From: Octopus sinensis | Lineage: Eukaryota | Length of the DNA: 64,000 nucleotides | Reading direction: 5' to 3' | Assembly: GCF_006345805.1 (NCBI RefSeq) | Contig: NC_043011.1 | Location: forward strand, 60,338,464 to 60,402,463 | Shown here: positions 12,981-25,100 of the stretch, piece after piece | Layout of the letters: every line of letters begins with the position of its first letter | Numbering within the stretch: the stretch's first letter is position 1 | Notes under the pieces: model-generated | What the model was told of the DNA's origin: nothing | Databases searched by the model: none | What the model saw: the letters and a program-made list of their open reading frames with translations, nothing else | Made by a program: the position numbers and the translations under genes

Positions 12981-13374
12981 GGCACATGCATAGCTGTGTG
13001 GTAAGAAGATCACTTCCCAACTACATGGTTCTGGGTTCAGTCCTACATCGTGGCACCTTGGGTGAGTGCCTTCTACTATAGCCTCAGACTGACCAAAGCC
13101 TTGTGAATGGATTTGGTAGATAGAAATTAAAAAAAGCCCATCATATATATTTGTGTGTGTGTGTGTGCATGCATTTGTGCTCCCCCCCTCTGCCCAACAC
13201 TTGACAACTGGTGTTGGTGTGTTTATGTCCTTGCAATTTAGAAGTTTGACAAAAGAGATCAACAGCATGAGTACTAGATTTAAAAAATAAGTCCTGGGGT
13301 TTATTCGCTTGACTACAATTCTTCAAGGCTGTGCCCCAGTATGGCTGTGGTCTAATGACTGAAAAAAGATAAAA
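12981..13374 (+). mobile_element. tRNA/CORE-type composite SINE, family A, with internal (TG)n
   Basis: A-box-like tagctgtgtgg, B-box ggttcagtcc, CORE-like ggcaccttgggtgagtgccttctactatagcc, internal (TG)n, and a 3' module ccccagtatggctgtggtctaatgactgaaa. Many copies in the window. Confidence 0.8.
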
Positions 13375-14875
13375 GGTAGGATATAGGCTCAACTTCACAT
13401 GTAGGACATGGAGGTAATGTTTTTTGAGATATTTAAAAAAAAAAAACAAAGTGCATATTATACACAACCAAATATGGTAAGACTGCCCCCTCCAAAATCA
13501 TTTTCACCCATAATAATAAAAAAATAAAGCATGAGAAAAATAAAAATAATATTTGGCAGTATAGTCATTTGCCTGCTGCCATTTGTTGATGCTGCATCGA
13601 AAAGGCCAAAGAAAAAATGAGAAAGAAAAGAACGTACTTAACACCAGAGCTGAAGACACCTCTGAGGGGGGAGAGCACACCACATTGAAAATGGTAGAGA
13701 AGTAGGGGCTGAAGCCGGACGTGGCTCCTGATGATGTCTTTAGCCACTGGATCCTATAAAGGAGCTGTTGAGGTAGCGAACCACGAAACATGGTTGGAAT
13801 TCCTCCCTCTCATGCCAATATGGAAATATGGTAGATAGGCAAAACAACTCTCTAAAAATACAGATATGGTGTATAACGGAAGAAAGAACCATCAACATAC
13901 TAACAAGGGGCAAAGCATTGAAGAAAAAGAATAAGGAAACTAAATCAGTTGTATTTAAATGAAATGGACAATAGTAAACTTAAGAAATCTATGATATTTG
14001 ATTTCTAACAGAGAAACAAGGCCACACATTGTGGAGGAGTGTATAGTCAATAAATTGATTCCTCTATTTCATTTGTTCTTTATCCTACCGACCCCGGAAG
14101 GATGAAAGGGAAAAATTGATTTCAGCAGGATTTAATCACAAACTGGAAAGGGTTGTAACTGAATACCGCAAGGTATTTTGTCAGATGTTCTAATGATTCT
14201 GTAATATTTATAATCAATTGTAACATCAGTACTGAATTATCACTCTGATAATGAACTAGAAGCATATATACGGAAACACACACACACACAAAACTAACTA
14301 GATACAATAACTAGAACTACATCTCCAAGGGAAGTAGTAATTAATGTAACATATCAAATGCAATTAACATTATATTTAAAATAGAAGTAATTAACGATAT
14401 TTCCATGTTCAAAAATATAGTAAGACTGGTGAGAAAAGTATAAATTTTGATCAAGTAATTAGCTGTCAATAATGTATTAAGTCAGGTAATTGATGGAGTC
14501 AGCCACATTAATACTTCCCTATTTCAGCATAAACATTCAATTTATTAGCAACACTTTAAATGGACAATTCATGAAAATCATTTCAAGATGCTTTCTATTG
14601 TTAAATATCTATCACATTTGAACCCTTCATACTCCATCATTCTGCCAGCGATCATACTGTATCTGTTGCATTACCCATTTGCAATGAGTAAGGAGTATCT
14701 TATTCAACATACAAGTGCAGGCACGTGTGAATGGTTACATGGTTACAAAGTTCGATTTGGAACCATATGGTTACGGTGCGAATGCTGTAAGCTGGTGCTC
14801 TGCCCCATACTACAGCTGCATGTTGACCAATAGCATGTGAGTAAATGTAGGTAGACAGAAGATAAAGTAGCTTGT

Positions 14876-14906
<31 letters not shown>

Positions 14907-15121
14907 AGCACTGGCATGGTTATGTAGTGGAGCAGTCTGCCCTTCAACTACACAGTTTTGGATTCAGTTCCACAGAATGTCACATTGGGTAAGTGTTTTC
15001 TCTACCCAAAACTCTACCATAAACTCAGTTGTTTGGTAAAAGGAGCTTATAGAAGTACCAGAATTAAAAATCCTTGAATTTCAGAGCTCCAGCATGGGCA
15101 TAGCCCACCGACTGAAACAGC

Positions 15122-15158
<37 letters not shown>

Positions 15159-16315
15159 CACTCATGCATATGCGCACATGAACACATACACATATAAAGA
15201 CCGCTTTTGGTCATGAATGGCCATGAGTTTGTACTTAGAAAGTTCTCCTCCAAAGCACAAGTCTGGGCAAGGTTTTAATGGAAGACCAGCAGTTGTCTAC
15301 ACATACCAACCTTCTCTCTCCATGCCACTGATGTTATCCAAGAGAAAAGCAAAGGGACCGATACTGTTTGGCACCAGTGACATTGCAACTCATTTCTACA
15401 GCTGAATGAACTGCAGCAATGTGAAGTAAAGTGTCTTGCTCAAGAACACAACACAACCCAGTACTGGAATTAAACTCACTACCTTGTGATTGTGAGCCTG
15501 ATGCTCTAACCATCGAGCCATGTACCACCCAACTTAAAATTTGTATGTTCTCCTTTTTATATTTTTTACTATAATTCACATGGAATATATTTTTTTAACC
15601 TTTTCACTATATACATGAATGTAATGTCCCTGTGTAAGTATGTGTATATATAACGGCTTATAAATTCAATAATATAATTATATACAAAACTTAGAAATAA
15701 TTTTCCTACTGAGGAGTATTTTTGAAATAAATTATCGAAAATTCATTTGATTATTGTATTTTCATTATAAAAGACAGAATAAAAGATTCTTCTATGAAAT
15801 GAGGGGTTAGAGGTCTTTGAGGATATAAATCTGAGGGAAATGGAAAATTTTTGATCAACACCGCAGATAATTACTGCATTTGCTGGTATTTTGCTTAGTT
15901 TATTTTTAAGTATATATAAAAAAAAGTTGTCCTGCATCTACTGTGGCCATATTATGGGTGGGAGACCAAGCACCATAGATAAGGGAGCCTGATAAGCCTA
16001 CATCTGCTAGGCACAATAATTGCAACTAATGGTAAAATACTGAAAGCAAATCAAAATATCACAGTCTGTTAGCAGAAACTTAAGTAAAATTGCTTATGGT
16101 ACATCAGTTGGGAGATAACATTATCTTATTGTGCCTCTTTCCTCAGGATACACAAACTACACTTGATGTGTATTTTACATTATTTAATGACAGTTACCTT
16201 TAAGAAAAATTTAATTATTTAAAAGAAAATTCTCCAAGAAAAATGAAAGGAATGCTAAACTTCCATCCATATGGTGGCTGATCATGATAACACGAAACAT
16301 AAATGTTACATCCTG

Positions 16316-16572
16316 TATGACAATTCTCTTGACCAAAATATAAACAACTAAGCAGCTGATCTGAAAGAAGGTAAAAGTGAAATACTGTAGTCTCTTAAAG
16401 TAGTATCATCATTTAACCATACTGGCATGGGTTAGATGGTTTGATAGTACAGAAGATGGACATTAAATGATGATAATGATTATACTAGTTAAAGGAACTA
16501 CTGTATTTCACATTTAACTGCTTTCAGATCAGCTGCAGAGTTGATTATATTTATGAATTTACGGTTTCATAC
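16316..16572. mobile_element. Degenerate foldback/MITE-like hairpin
   Basis: Arms ~16316-16402 and ~16486-16572 include a perfect 16-bp IR (gcagctgatctgaaag / ctttcagatcagctgc) and further matching blocks. The centre holds RTE-tail-like sequence. Confidence 0.65.
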
Positions 16573-16670
16573 TTTATCCCAGTATATTGTCACAAATATT
16601 GTACTTACATCACAGAATCATACTTTCCGCACCAACAAAGCAACTTTTGAAATATCTCTCATCACCATCA

Positions 16671-17100
16671 TCATTTAGCTTTATTTTACTATGTCTGCAC
16701 GGGCCAGAAAAAATTCATTGAGGCAGATTTTCTAATGCCAGAGGCTCTTCCTGTCACCAGCCCTTATTAGTTTCCAGGTAAGGTAATATTTTCCCAAACT
16801 CTTTGAACATGAACAGTACAATGGCCAGACATGTTTTCACATAAAATTGTAAATGAAAGAGACTGATTGTAAGAGGGTGGCATTTATTTACAATCTGCAT
16901 GCAATTTCAAGACAAGGACACACCCACACACACACACACACACAGATGAAAAGCATCTTTCAATTTCCATCAACCAAATCTACACACAAAGCTTTTATTG
17001 ACTTGGGGCTGTAGTAGAAGACACTTGCCCATGGGGACTTAACTCCGTGGGATTGTACACAAAACCATGTTGCTACAAGATGAACATCATAAGCACACAG
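16671..17100 (-). mobile_element. Family A SINE variant with an RTE-like 3' tail ending in (GAT)n
   Basis: On the minus strand: tRNA/CORE head (~16950-17100), (TG)n, middle module, then a ggaagagcctctggcattagaaaatctgcc...aaatgatgatggtgatg tail. Similar structures at 24200-24645, 37240-37650 and 42940-43425. Confidence 0.7.
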
Positions 17101-17639
17101 TCATTCACACGCAAGCATGTGTGGGTTTGTTTCTCCCATGTATATTGGCAAAAAATATACAAAAAATCAATGTGTTCATGAGAAAAATAACTTGTGGTAT
17201 TTATTTTGCCTGAATCACATCCCCGTCACTCCAGCCATTGGTAATGCAGTGAATCAGTGATTGGCCTGCTGGAATTCTACAAGCAACAACTTGTTTACAA
17301 AATGTATGATACAAAATTTAAAAAAAAAACGTAGCATAAAATTTCTGTTGTACAATCTACTTCAATTTCAAAGGGTTAACATCACAATAATATTTATTTT
17401 CTAAGCAACTACAAGTTGATTTCTTTTTTTCAGCTAATAAAATATCATTATCATTATTTTATTTATTATTTTTTTTAAATGTAGAAATCAATCCTTAAGT
17501 TAAAAGAAAAAAAATCACGAAATTTAAAAAAAAATGCAAAATGAAATGAAAAATTACAGAAAGAATAATGCAAACATTATTGGTTACAGCAAAATCAAAA
17601 GATGAAACTAAAGATTTACAAAAACAGTCATGTATGTAA

Positions 17640-17876
17640 GTGTGTATACATATGTGTGTATACATATATATATATATTATATATATATATATATATTATA
17701 TATATATATATAAACCTACATACCTATACAAACGTGTGTATATATATATATATATGTATGTATGTATGTATATATATATAGCTACATATATATGCAAACA
17801 TATATACACCTATGTACATATACAAACATATACACACCTATATACATATACAAGCATATATGGATACATGTAGATG

Positions 17877-17907
<31 letters not shown>

Positions 17908-17998
17908 GCATATTTTTTTTACATATCTATATCCATACAATATATATGTGCACATATTTGCATGCAAATACACATATACACATACACGTGTGTGTACG

Positions 17999-18030
<32 letters not shown>

Positions 18031-18039
18031 TATATGTAA

Positions 18040-18070
<31 letters not shown>

Positions 18071-18090
18071 CGTGTGTGTGTGTGTGTTTC
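17640..18090. repeat. Compound (TA)n/(CA)n/(TATG)n low-complexity tract
   Basis: Directly visible. It produces the overlapping Y/I/T/H-rich spurious ORFs. Confidence 0.95.
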
Positions 18091-19124
18091 CATGTGTACA
18101 GGCCAGCAAATCAAAGTAACACATACAAATTGGTATTCCAAAGTGAAATTACTTGTGTATAGCCTCAGCCAATCAAATTAGAATACTTAAAATTTCAAGC
18201 CATCTAACCAACATACTGAATACAAAGCCAGTAGCACAATCCAATATATAATGAAAATGTGATGTACAGAACCACTTATTACATATTCTAAATACTACAG
18301 AATATTGAGTGAACATGGTAAACCAACAAGCATGTTTGTGTCTGCATGACTATTTGATCTGTTAAAATTAGTGACTAAATTTTTCTCAAATTACAAACAC
18401 CATTATGTGCGTGTGTGTGTGTGTGTGTATACACATCTATCTTTCTGTCTTTTTATCTATTTGTATACAAATGTATTCATAGATATATAGATACATTTGC
18501 GTCATCTAACATTCATGCTTCATGCTGTCACTGGTTGGATGGTTTGACAGGATCCGATGGGCCCAAGGACTGCAGTGTGCTCTAATACCTGGTTTGGCAT
18601 GCTTTCTATGGCTGGATGATCTTCCTAATGCCAAGCACTTTACAGCATGTATTGAGTGACTTTTTCATGCCACCAGCCCTAGTCAGGCTGTCATGTAGTT
18701 TGCAAGACTATGAACCATGAGGGTGCAACTTCATGTCAGAAGATGAGTGGCATAAGATGAGCAAAAGAATGAATGAGAGAAGGTACCAGAGTAGAACAGG
18801 TTTCTTCTCGTAGAGGGGTTACATGACCACTGACATTTTAGAAGTGAGGGTAGGAGTGATCGAGTGGAGCTGGAGATCAACGGTGGGAGAAGAAATTACT
18901 GACAGCACTGAGTAAATGGTAGACAGGATAATGGTAGACTGATGAAATGGTAGACAAGATAATTTAGGCTAGAAAAAAGATAATGTGGTCATGGCTGGCA
19001 TGTCTTTGACTATAAGTCTGCTATTTTAACATTGATCAACGGTTAAACAACTACAAAAAATAATTTTTCTTTTCAATTTCTAAATACAGACACCTGAATA
19101 TATTAATGGAATTAAAATATATTA

Positions 19125-19334
19125 TTTTCTACTCTAGGCACAAGGCCCAAAATTTTTGGGGGAGGGGGCCAGTCGATTAGATTGACCCCAGTACACAACT
19201 GGTACTTAATTGACTCCAAAAGGATGAAAGGCAAAGTTAACCTTGGCAGAATTTAAACTCAGAACGTAAAGAGAGATGAAATACTGCTAAGCATTTTGCC
19301 CAGTGTGCTAACATTTCTGTTAGCTTGCCACCTT
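19125..19334 (-). mobile_element. Family B SINE
   Basis: Closely similar to 11989-12196; gaattaaaa occurs on both flanks (possible TSD). Confidence 0.8.
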
Positions 19335-21941
19335 AGAATTAAAAAATATTCTCTGAAGAAAAATGGTTCATAGTAAAGTTCATCATTTGCTGTTATCATT
19401 CAACCCTTTTTGTTCCATCTATTACTGTTGAACTATGCTGCCTTTGCTGTGATTGATTTTGAAGATAATGATTTAAAACAAAACCAAAGATATTTTGATG
19501 GAAGGTTTTAATTTAGATGCTGCTAAAACAAAGTGTCTGTATCACTGAAGCAAATAGTGGTTGTCTCAGGTAGGTTAGCAGCAAAAGGAAGACTGTACCA
19601 TCTAAAACATACCATCCTTGACCATTCAGACATATTATTTGAAAAGTTAGATTATTAAATATTTCTTTCTTTTAAGATAGCAGAAAATTATTTGAACCAG
19701 ACATAGTTTCTTTTGTTGATTTGCGTTAATGTTGTTTATCCGCAGGTCAGTCACGATGGAATGGACCTGCAATCAAAATGCATTCCACATGTGACCAGTT
19801 CATCTTTTATTCAGACCTAGTGTATCTAGGACCTCCATTGTGGTTTTATATTTTTTAAGACAATAGAGTAATGTGATTTCAGGTAGTTTTGACTGTTGTT
19901 TGTAATAGATGGAACAACTATAACCAGGCTCCCCTTGTTCCTACAGCTCTATTTATATTACAAACATCAACAACTGAATTATCCATTTTTTTATCATGGG
20001 AATCCTGCCACGGAGAGAGCATAATACCAATGGTAGAAAAAATGCTGAATCCAGTATTAAAACTATTAGTTCTTTAATCGTGTATTTGTCATGGCAGTCT
20101 CTTTCTCTTGGCATAGAGTGATAGCTGTAGACAAGTCCCTCATACAAGCAATGACTGGCCATAGGCGAATATTACCTTACATGGAAAGAGATAAGCGTTG
20201 GCGACAGAATGGACACCAAACTATAATACATCTGTCGCAATAAATTCTGTCTGACCTATACATAGAAAAGAGAATGTTAAATTGATGATGATGATGATTA
20301 ATGCTGTCTTAAACAGTAGCTGGTAAAGATTGGACCAAAATATTTGCAACAAAAAACAACACATATATTTCACACTCCAATATGTGTAAGTATATTTAGT
20401 GATAGAAGTATATTCATTTGCTTAAAACACATTTAGTCTCCCTGTACAGTAATGGTAACATTGGGAATACACAAAATATATTAGTGTATTATAAATAACA
20501 TCTTTCCACAAGGTAAACTATATAGTAATTGTGTTTTATGGTCCTGAAAAATTGAAAACAACATTGCTTTCAAATTTTGGCACAAGGCCAGCAAGCTTGG
20601 GGGTGGGGGAGGCTAAGCCAACTACATTGACCCCAATGATCAACTCATATTTTATTGAGCTTCAAATGGATGAAAGCAAAGTTGACCTCAGTGGAGTTTG
20701 AACTCAGAATGCAAAGACAGAAGAAATGCTGCTAAGCATTGTGCCTGGCATGCTAATGATTCAACCACTGAAAAAATATTAGTTGAAGTATTATTATCTA
20801 TCAATATACATATATATATATTATTTGTGAAGTCCCAATCAACTTCAACTTTGGGAGAAATTTTACTATTCTCTCTGGGACCTAATTCAGATGTTTAAAG
20901 ATACAATTTCATTAAATTTGTGAATTTTTAAGTAAACCAGTGTTTCTTATTTCAATATCTGTGATCTAAAGTAGAACCTAAAGAACAAGACTATAGAGTC
21001 TTGGATGGCCTGTGATACTGTAAAGTTAAGAGAATAATTATCAAATTAGATGGCATTAAATACTTTTATATAAATGTCTAAAATATCTGGGATGAGATGT
21101 TTTTTATAAAATTAGTACTGTTTAATTTACTCATCTTCTAAATTTATTTTCATCTTAGGAAATGAATACTTAAAAATATACAAAAAAAAAATTTTAATGT
21201 TCCATCTGTACTCTATTTCAACTGGTTTGATTTCAGATCAGAATCTTACATAGAAACAGACTGAATTCTAACAGGGAACATGTGTAGGAATAAGACACCT
21301 GCTAATGATCAGACATCACCCAAACTGAAACAAGGTATAGATGTAAAATATTCCCAAAATGTTCAAATTTGAACATGAAACTAATAGGGTGAAAAGTTAT
21401 AATCTTACTTTACGAGACGCTTTTAAAATATACCAAAAATACTATGAACAAACTATTACATTCAGTATTTCCTATATCAAGTTTCAGATTTTATGTTTGT
21501 CTTAAAGGTTCATATTTCTTGGTTGTTATTTATCATTGCACATATATGAAACCTTGTGAAATGTTACAAGTGCATATTAACAAGGTCTAACTTCCTTTTT
21601 TTGTTTGTTTTAGCTTATGGTTAGAGTATTTGTGAGGGTGGTTACTTAGCATCGTGTTGTGTTTAAAAATCACCAACAAATAAAAAAATTTATTGATCAA
21701 CATTGTATAAATATTTGCCGTTACCAACCACCCTTTACATTTGAGTTCAAATCTCAGCAAGGTCAGGGGTCAATAAAACAAAGTACTGTGTGAGTACTTG
21801 GATTGGTTTAATCAACTATACTCCTCTCCCAAAGTATTGCTTCTATCTGTCTATCGTTAACAAGCAAGAGTAAACACCTAGCTACTCACATATAAATCAA
21901 ACGGTCAAATTTCTAGTAGTGTTTACATAAATCATATTGAT

Positions 21942-22260
21942 TCATCATCATCATCGCTTAACGTCTGCCTTCCATGCTGGCATGGGTTGGACGGTTTGAC
22001 TGAGGTCTGGCAAGCCAGAAGGCTGCACCAAGCTCCAATCTGATCTGGCAAAGTTTCTATTGCTGGATGCCCTTCCTAATGCCAACCACTCCAAGAGTGT
22101 AGTGGGGGCTTTAACATGCCACCGGTACGAGGGCCAGTCAGTGGGTACTGGCATCGACCACGCTTGAATGGTGCTTTTTACATACCACTGGCACAGGAGC
22201 CAGTCAGGTGACAATGGCAATGACCATGTATGAATGGTGCTTTTTATGTGCCACCGGCAC
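21942..22260 (-). mobile_element. RTE 3' UTR fragment with tandem ~60-bp units and (GAT)n tail
   Basis: Same tail as 7584-7770 and the same internal units as 1631-2120. Confidence 0.8.
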
Positions 22261-22261
22261 A

Positions 22262-22291
22262 TAATAAAAGTAAATAATAATAAAAATAAAA

Positions 22292-22338
<47 letters not shown>

Positions 22339-22352
22339 GACCTACTCATTGA

Positions 22353-22394
<42 letters not shown>
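22262..22394. repeat. (AAT)n microsatellite interrupted by an 18-nt copy of the adjacent retroelement 5' junction
   Basis: aaagacctactcattgaa occurs at 22336-22353 and again at 22395-22412. Confidence 0.95.
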
Positions 22395-22397
<3 letters not shown>

Positions 22398-22769
22398 GAC
22401 CTACTCATTGAAATTGAGAAAATGTGGCATCTCAAGGCGGTTACAATACCAGTGATCGTAGGAGCACTAGGAATGATCAAGAAGGGAACCGAAAATTATA
22501 TGAGAATGATCCCTGGCTTACCATCCCTGCAAGAAGTGCAAAAGATTGTCTTAACTGGTACATCACACGTATTGAGAAGAGCATTGTCGATGTGAGAACT
22601 GTTGCTGCTCATGTATTTTAATTTAACTTTAAAAAAAAAAAAAAAAATGAACGAACTACTGAGTTTGGTTTAATGGCCTACCAATATACACTATGAGTTT
22701 CTTTGCCCTAGGAGTCGGGAAGACACTCGGCAAGAAATGGAAGAAAATTTGAAAGAAGAAAAAAAAAAG
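22395..22769 (+). mobile_element. 5'-truncated R4/Dong-clade non-LTR retrotransposon (second, distinct family)
   Basis: 22395-22595 is an intact frame KDLLIEIEKMWHLKAVTIPVIVGALGMIKKGTENYMRMIPGLPSLQEVQKIVLTGTSHVLRRALSM*, an RLE-type C-terminus not shown in the ORF track. The putative 3' UTR runs to (AAT)n at ~22770-22788. Confidence 0.85.
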
Positions 22770-22788
22770 TAATAATAATAATAATAAT

Positions 22789-23207
22789 GGTTTCAAATTT
22801 TGCCACAATACAGCAATTTGGGGGGTGGGGATGAGTTGATGACATCGACCCCAGTGTTCAACTGGTACTTATTTTATCGACCTCGGAAGGATGAAAGGCA
22901 AAGTTAACATTGGCGGAATATGAACTCAGAACGTAGCTTCAGGCGAAGTACTGCTAAACATTTTGTCCAGCATGCTAATAACTGTTCCAGCTCACTACCT
23001 TAATAATAATAATAATTTCTTTATTGCCCACAGAGGGATAAACATAGATGAGACAAAGGGATTAAGTTGATTAGATCGATCCCAGTGCATAACTAGTACT
23101 TATTTAATTGTCCTCAAAAGGATGAAAGGCAAAGTCGACTTCGGTGGAATTTGAACTCAGAACATAACGGCAGATGAAATACCACTAAGCATTTCAGCTC
23201 ACCACCT
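22789..23207 (-). mobile_element. Two tandem family B SINEs (22789-23000, 23017-23207), each flanked by (AAT)n
   Basis: Both show the family B central domain and the B-box gagttcaaattcc/gagttcatattcc on the minus strand. Confidence 0.8.
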
Positions 23208-23394
23208 TAATAATAGTAATAATAATAATAATAATAATATTTAGCATATTGTATAAAGTGCTCAGATATACAGAGACTCATTGAAAGAGGGTAATTGAAG
23301 GGAAAGGAAGTGGTGATAAGTAAAGAAAGAGTACAATGATAGCCAGAAGTACATGCAGAGTACACAAAATAAAACACTAAATGACAGGAAAATG

Positions 23395-23548
23395 AGCAGT
23401 AAAAGAGTGCATATGCATGTCAGAAGTGGCACTGGAAAATTTCAGGAAGCATGGAATTTTTGAAGGATTTCCTGACAGCTAACAACCAGCAGCAACCAGA
23501 TTATTTCATGCTTTGACAATTCTCAATGTGTAAAAATGTTTCCAAGGA
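23395..23548 (-). mobile_element. CR1/L2-group LINE 3' terminal fragment
   Basis: The minus strand reads KHFYTLRIVKA*NNL (FxxRVVxAWNxLP motif), followed by the decayed C-terminus. Confidence 0.55.
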
Positions 23549-24943
23549 AACAAATAGCTAGGAACTCATGCAGAAATGAGAAAAAAAACTTAATAAAAAA
23601 AATGACAAAACTAGAACATAGTTGTTGCCAATACATGTCTAAAAGAAAAGTTATTACCTAATACAAGAAGAAATACAATTTTCTGGAGATTTCTCTATTA
23701 ATCATTATAACAAGATATATATCAGCAACTATATTGTACAATATAACCTTTATTTAAAATGTTAGGGTGTGATTTATGAGATTTGGCTGCTATTTTCAGC
23801 AGGTTGAGTGACCATGTGTCAGCTGCCTGTTGAACAAAATTATTCTTCTACTTTATCCTCTTACGTTTTCTATATTTCATATCTTCAGAGTAGATGGTTA
23901 AAAGAGCTGGCAAGGAAGTTCATTATTTCAGTAGAGATAGTGTAAATTTTGTCTTCCTAAGGGAGGAATGACAGAAGGAGAGGTTTTTACAGCTACTTAA
24001 ATATACAAATTCCCATCTTAAAATCATTAATATATACAAAAATATACATACATAAAGTGACTAAGAGCTTATTTGTTCAATTATTTACACCAAATATTTA
24101 CATAGTATTATTTATAGTGTTATCTACTTGAAATTCCACCATTAAGAATGATATATTTTATACTCCACAAAGTTTCCAAAGGCTTCTGATATAAATATCT
24201 TCATCATTATTTTAACATCTGTTTTTCCATGCTTGCATGGGTCAGATGGAATTTGTTGAGCCAAATTTTCTATAGCCGATTGCCCTTCCTGTTGTTAACC
24301 TTTAACTGTTTCCCCTAAAAAGTAATATTTTCTCATAACCAGACATATTTTCACTGAAGATTAGAAACCAAGGATATCACTTGCAATGTGGTGACACTTG
24401 TTTACAATTATCACAGGATGCTGAAGCAAGGAGACAGTAAAACACACTCACAAGCACACACCCACACATATAAATAAATATTTATATGCAATGGGCTTCC
24501 TTCAGTCTCTGTTTATTAAATCTACTCATAAGGCTTTAGTGGGCCCGTAACTATTGTAGAAAACACTAGCTTAATGGTTTGACTGTGGGACTGAACCCAG
24601 AACCATGTGGTTAGGAAGCAAATATTTATCACATTGCTATGCCCAAATCTACACACACACACATGTACGTGTTCTATGTGCTTCATGCGATGGTGTTGGT
24701 ATTGTTTAGCCTTTCATCTGCTTTGACTAAGCAGACCAAATATTGACAGCATTTTAACAGCCAGCAAAAGCAAATTTGGTTGTTATTTCTAGCAAACCAA
24801 GCACCTGCATAGAAGCTTTCTCACTGACTCATGTGTGTATGTGTACGGTGGAATCAAAACTGACAGAGTGAATAAATCTCACTCAGGGAAACCAAATCAA
24901 AATAAAAAATCAGATAAAAAAAATGAACAAAGAGATCAGAAAT

Positions 24944-24944
<1 letters not shown>

Positions 24945-25037
<93 letters not shown>

Positions 25038-25100
25038 ATATATATATAGTGTGTGTGTGTGTATGTATATAGTGTGTGTGAGTATATAAATATAAATATA
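24945..25100. repeat. (TA)n/(TG)n microsatellite
   Basis: Directly visible. Confidence 0.95.

Noticed and set aside
17640-18181. Y/I/T/H/C/V-rich ORFs here and at 81-305, 8447-8822, 24835-25089, 30144-30579, 32952-33234, 40369-40875, 43095-43343, 47691-47961
   Set aside because: They are translations of (TA)n, (CA)n, (GA)n or (CAT)n microsatellites and SINEs, with no protein-like signal.
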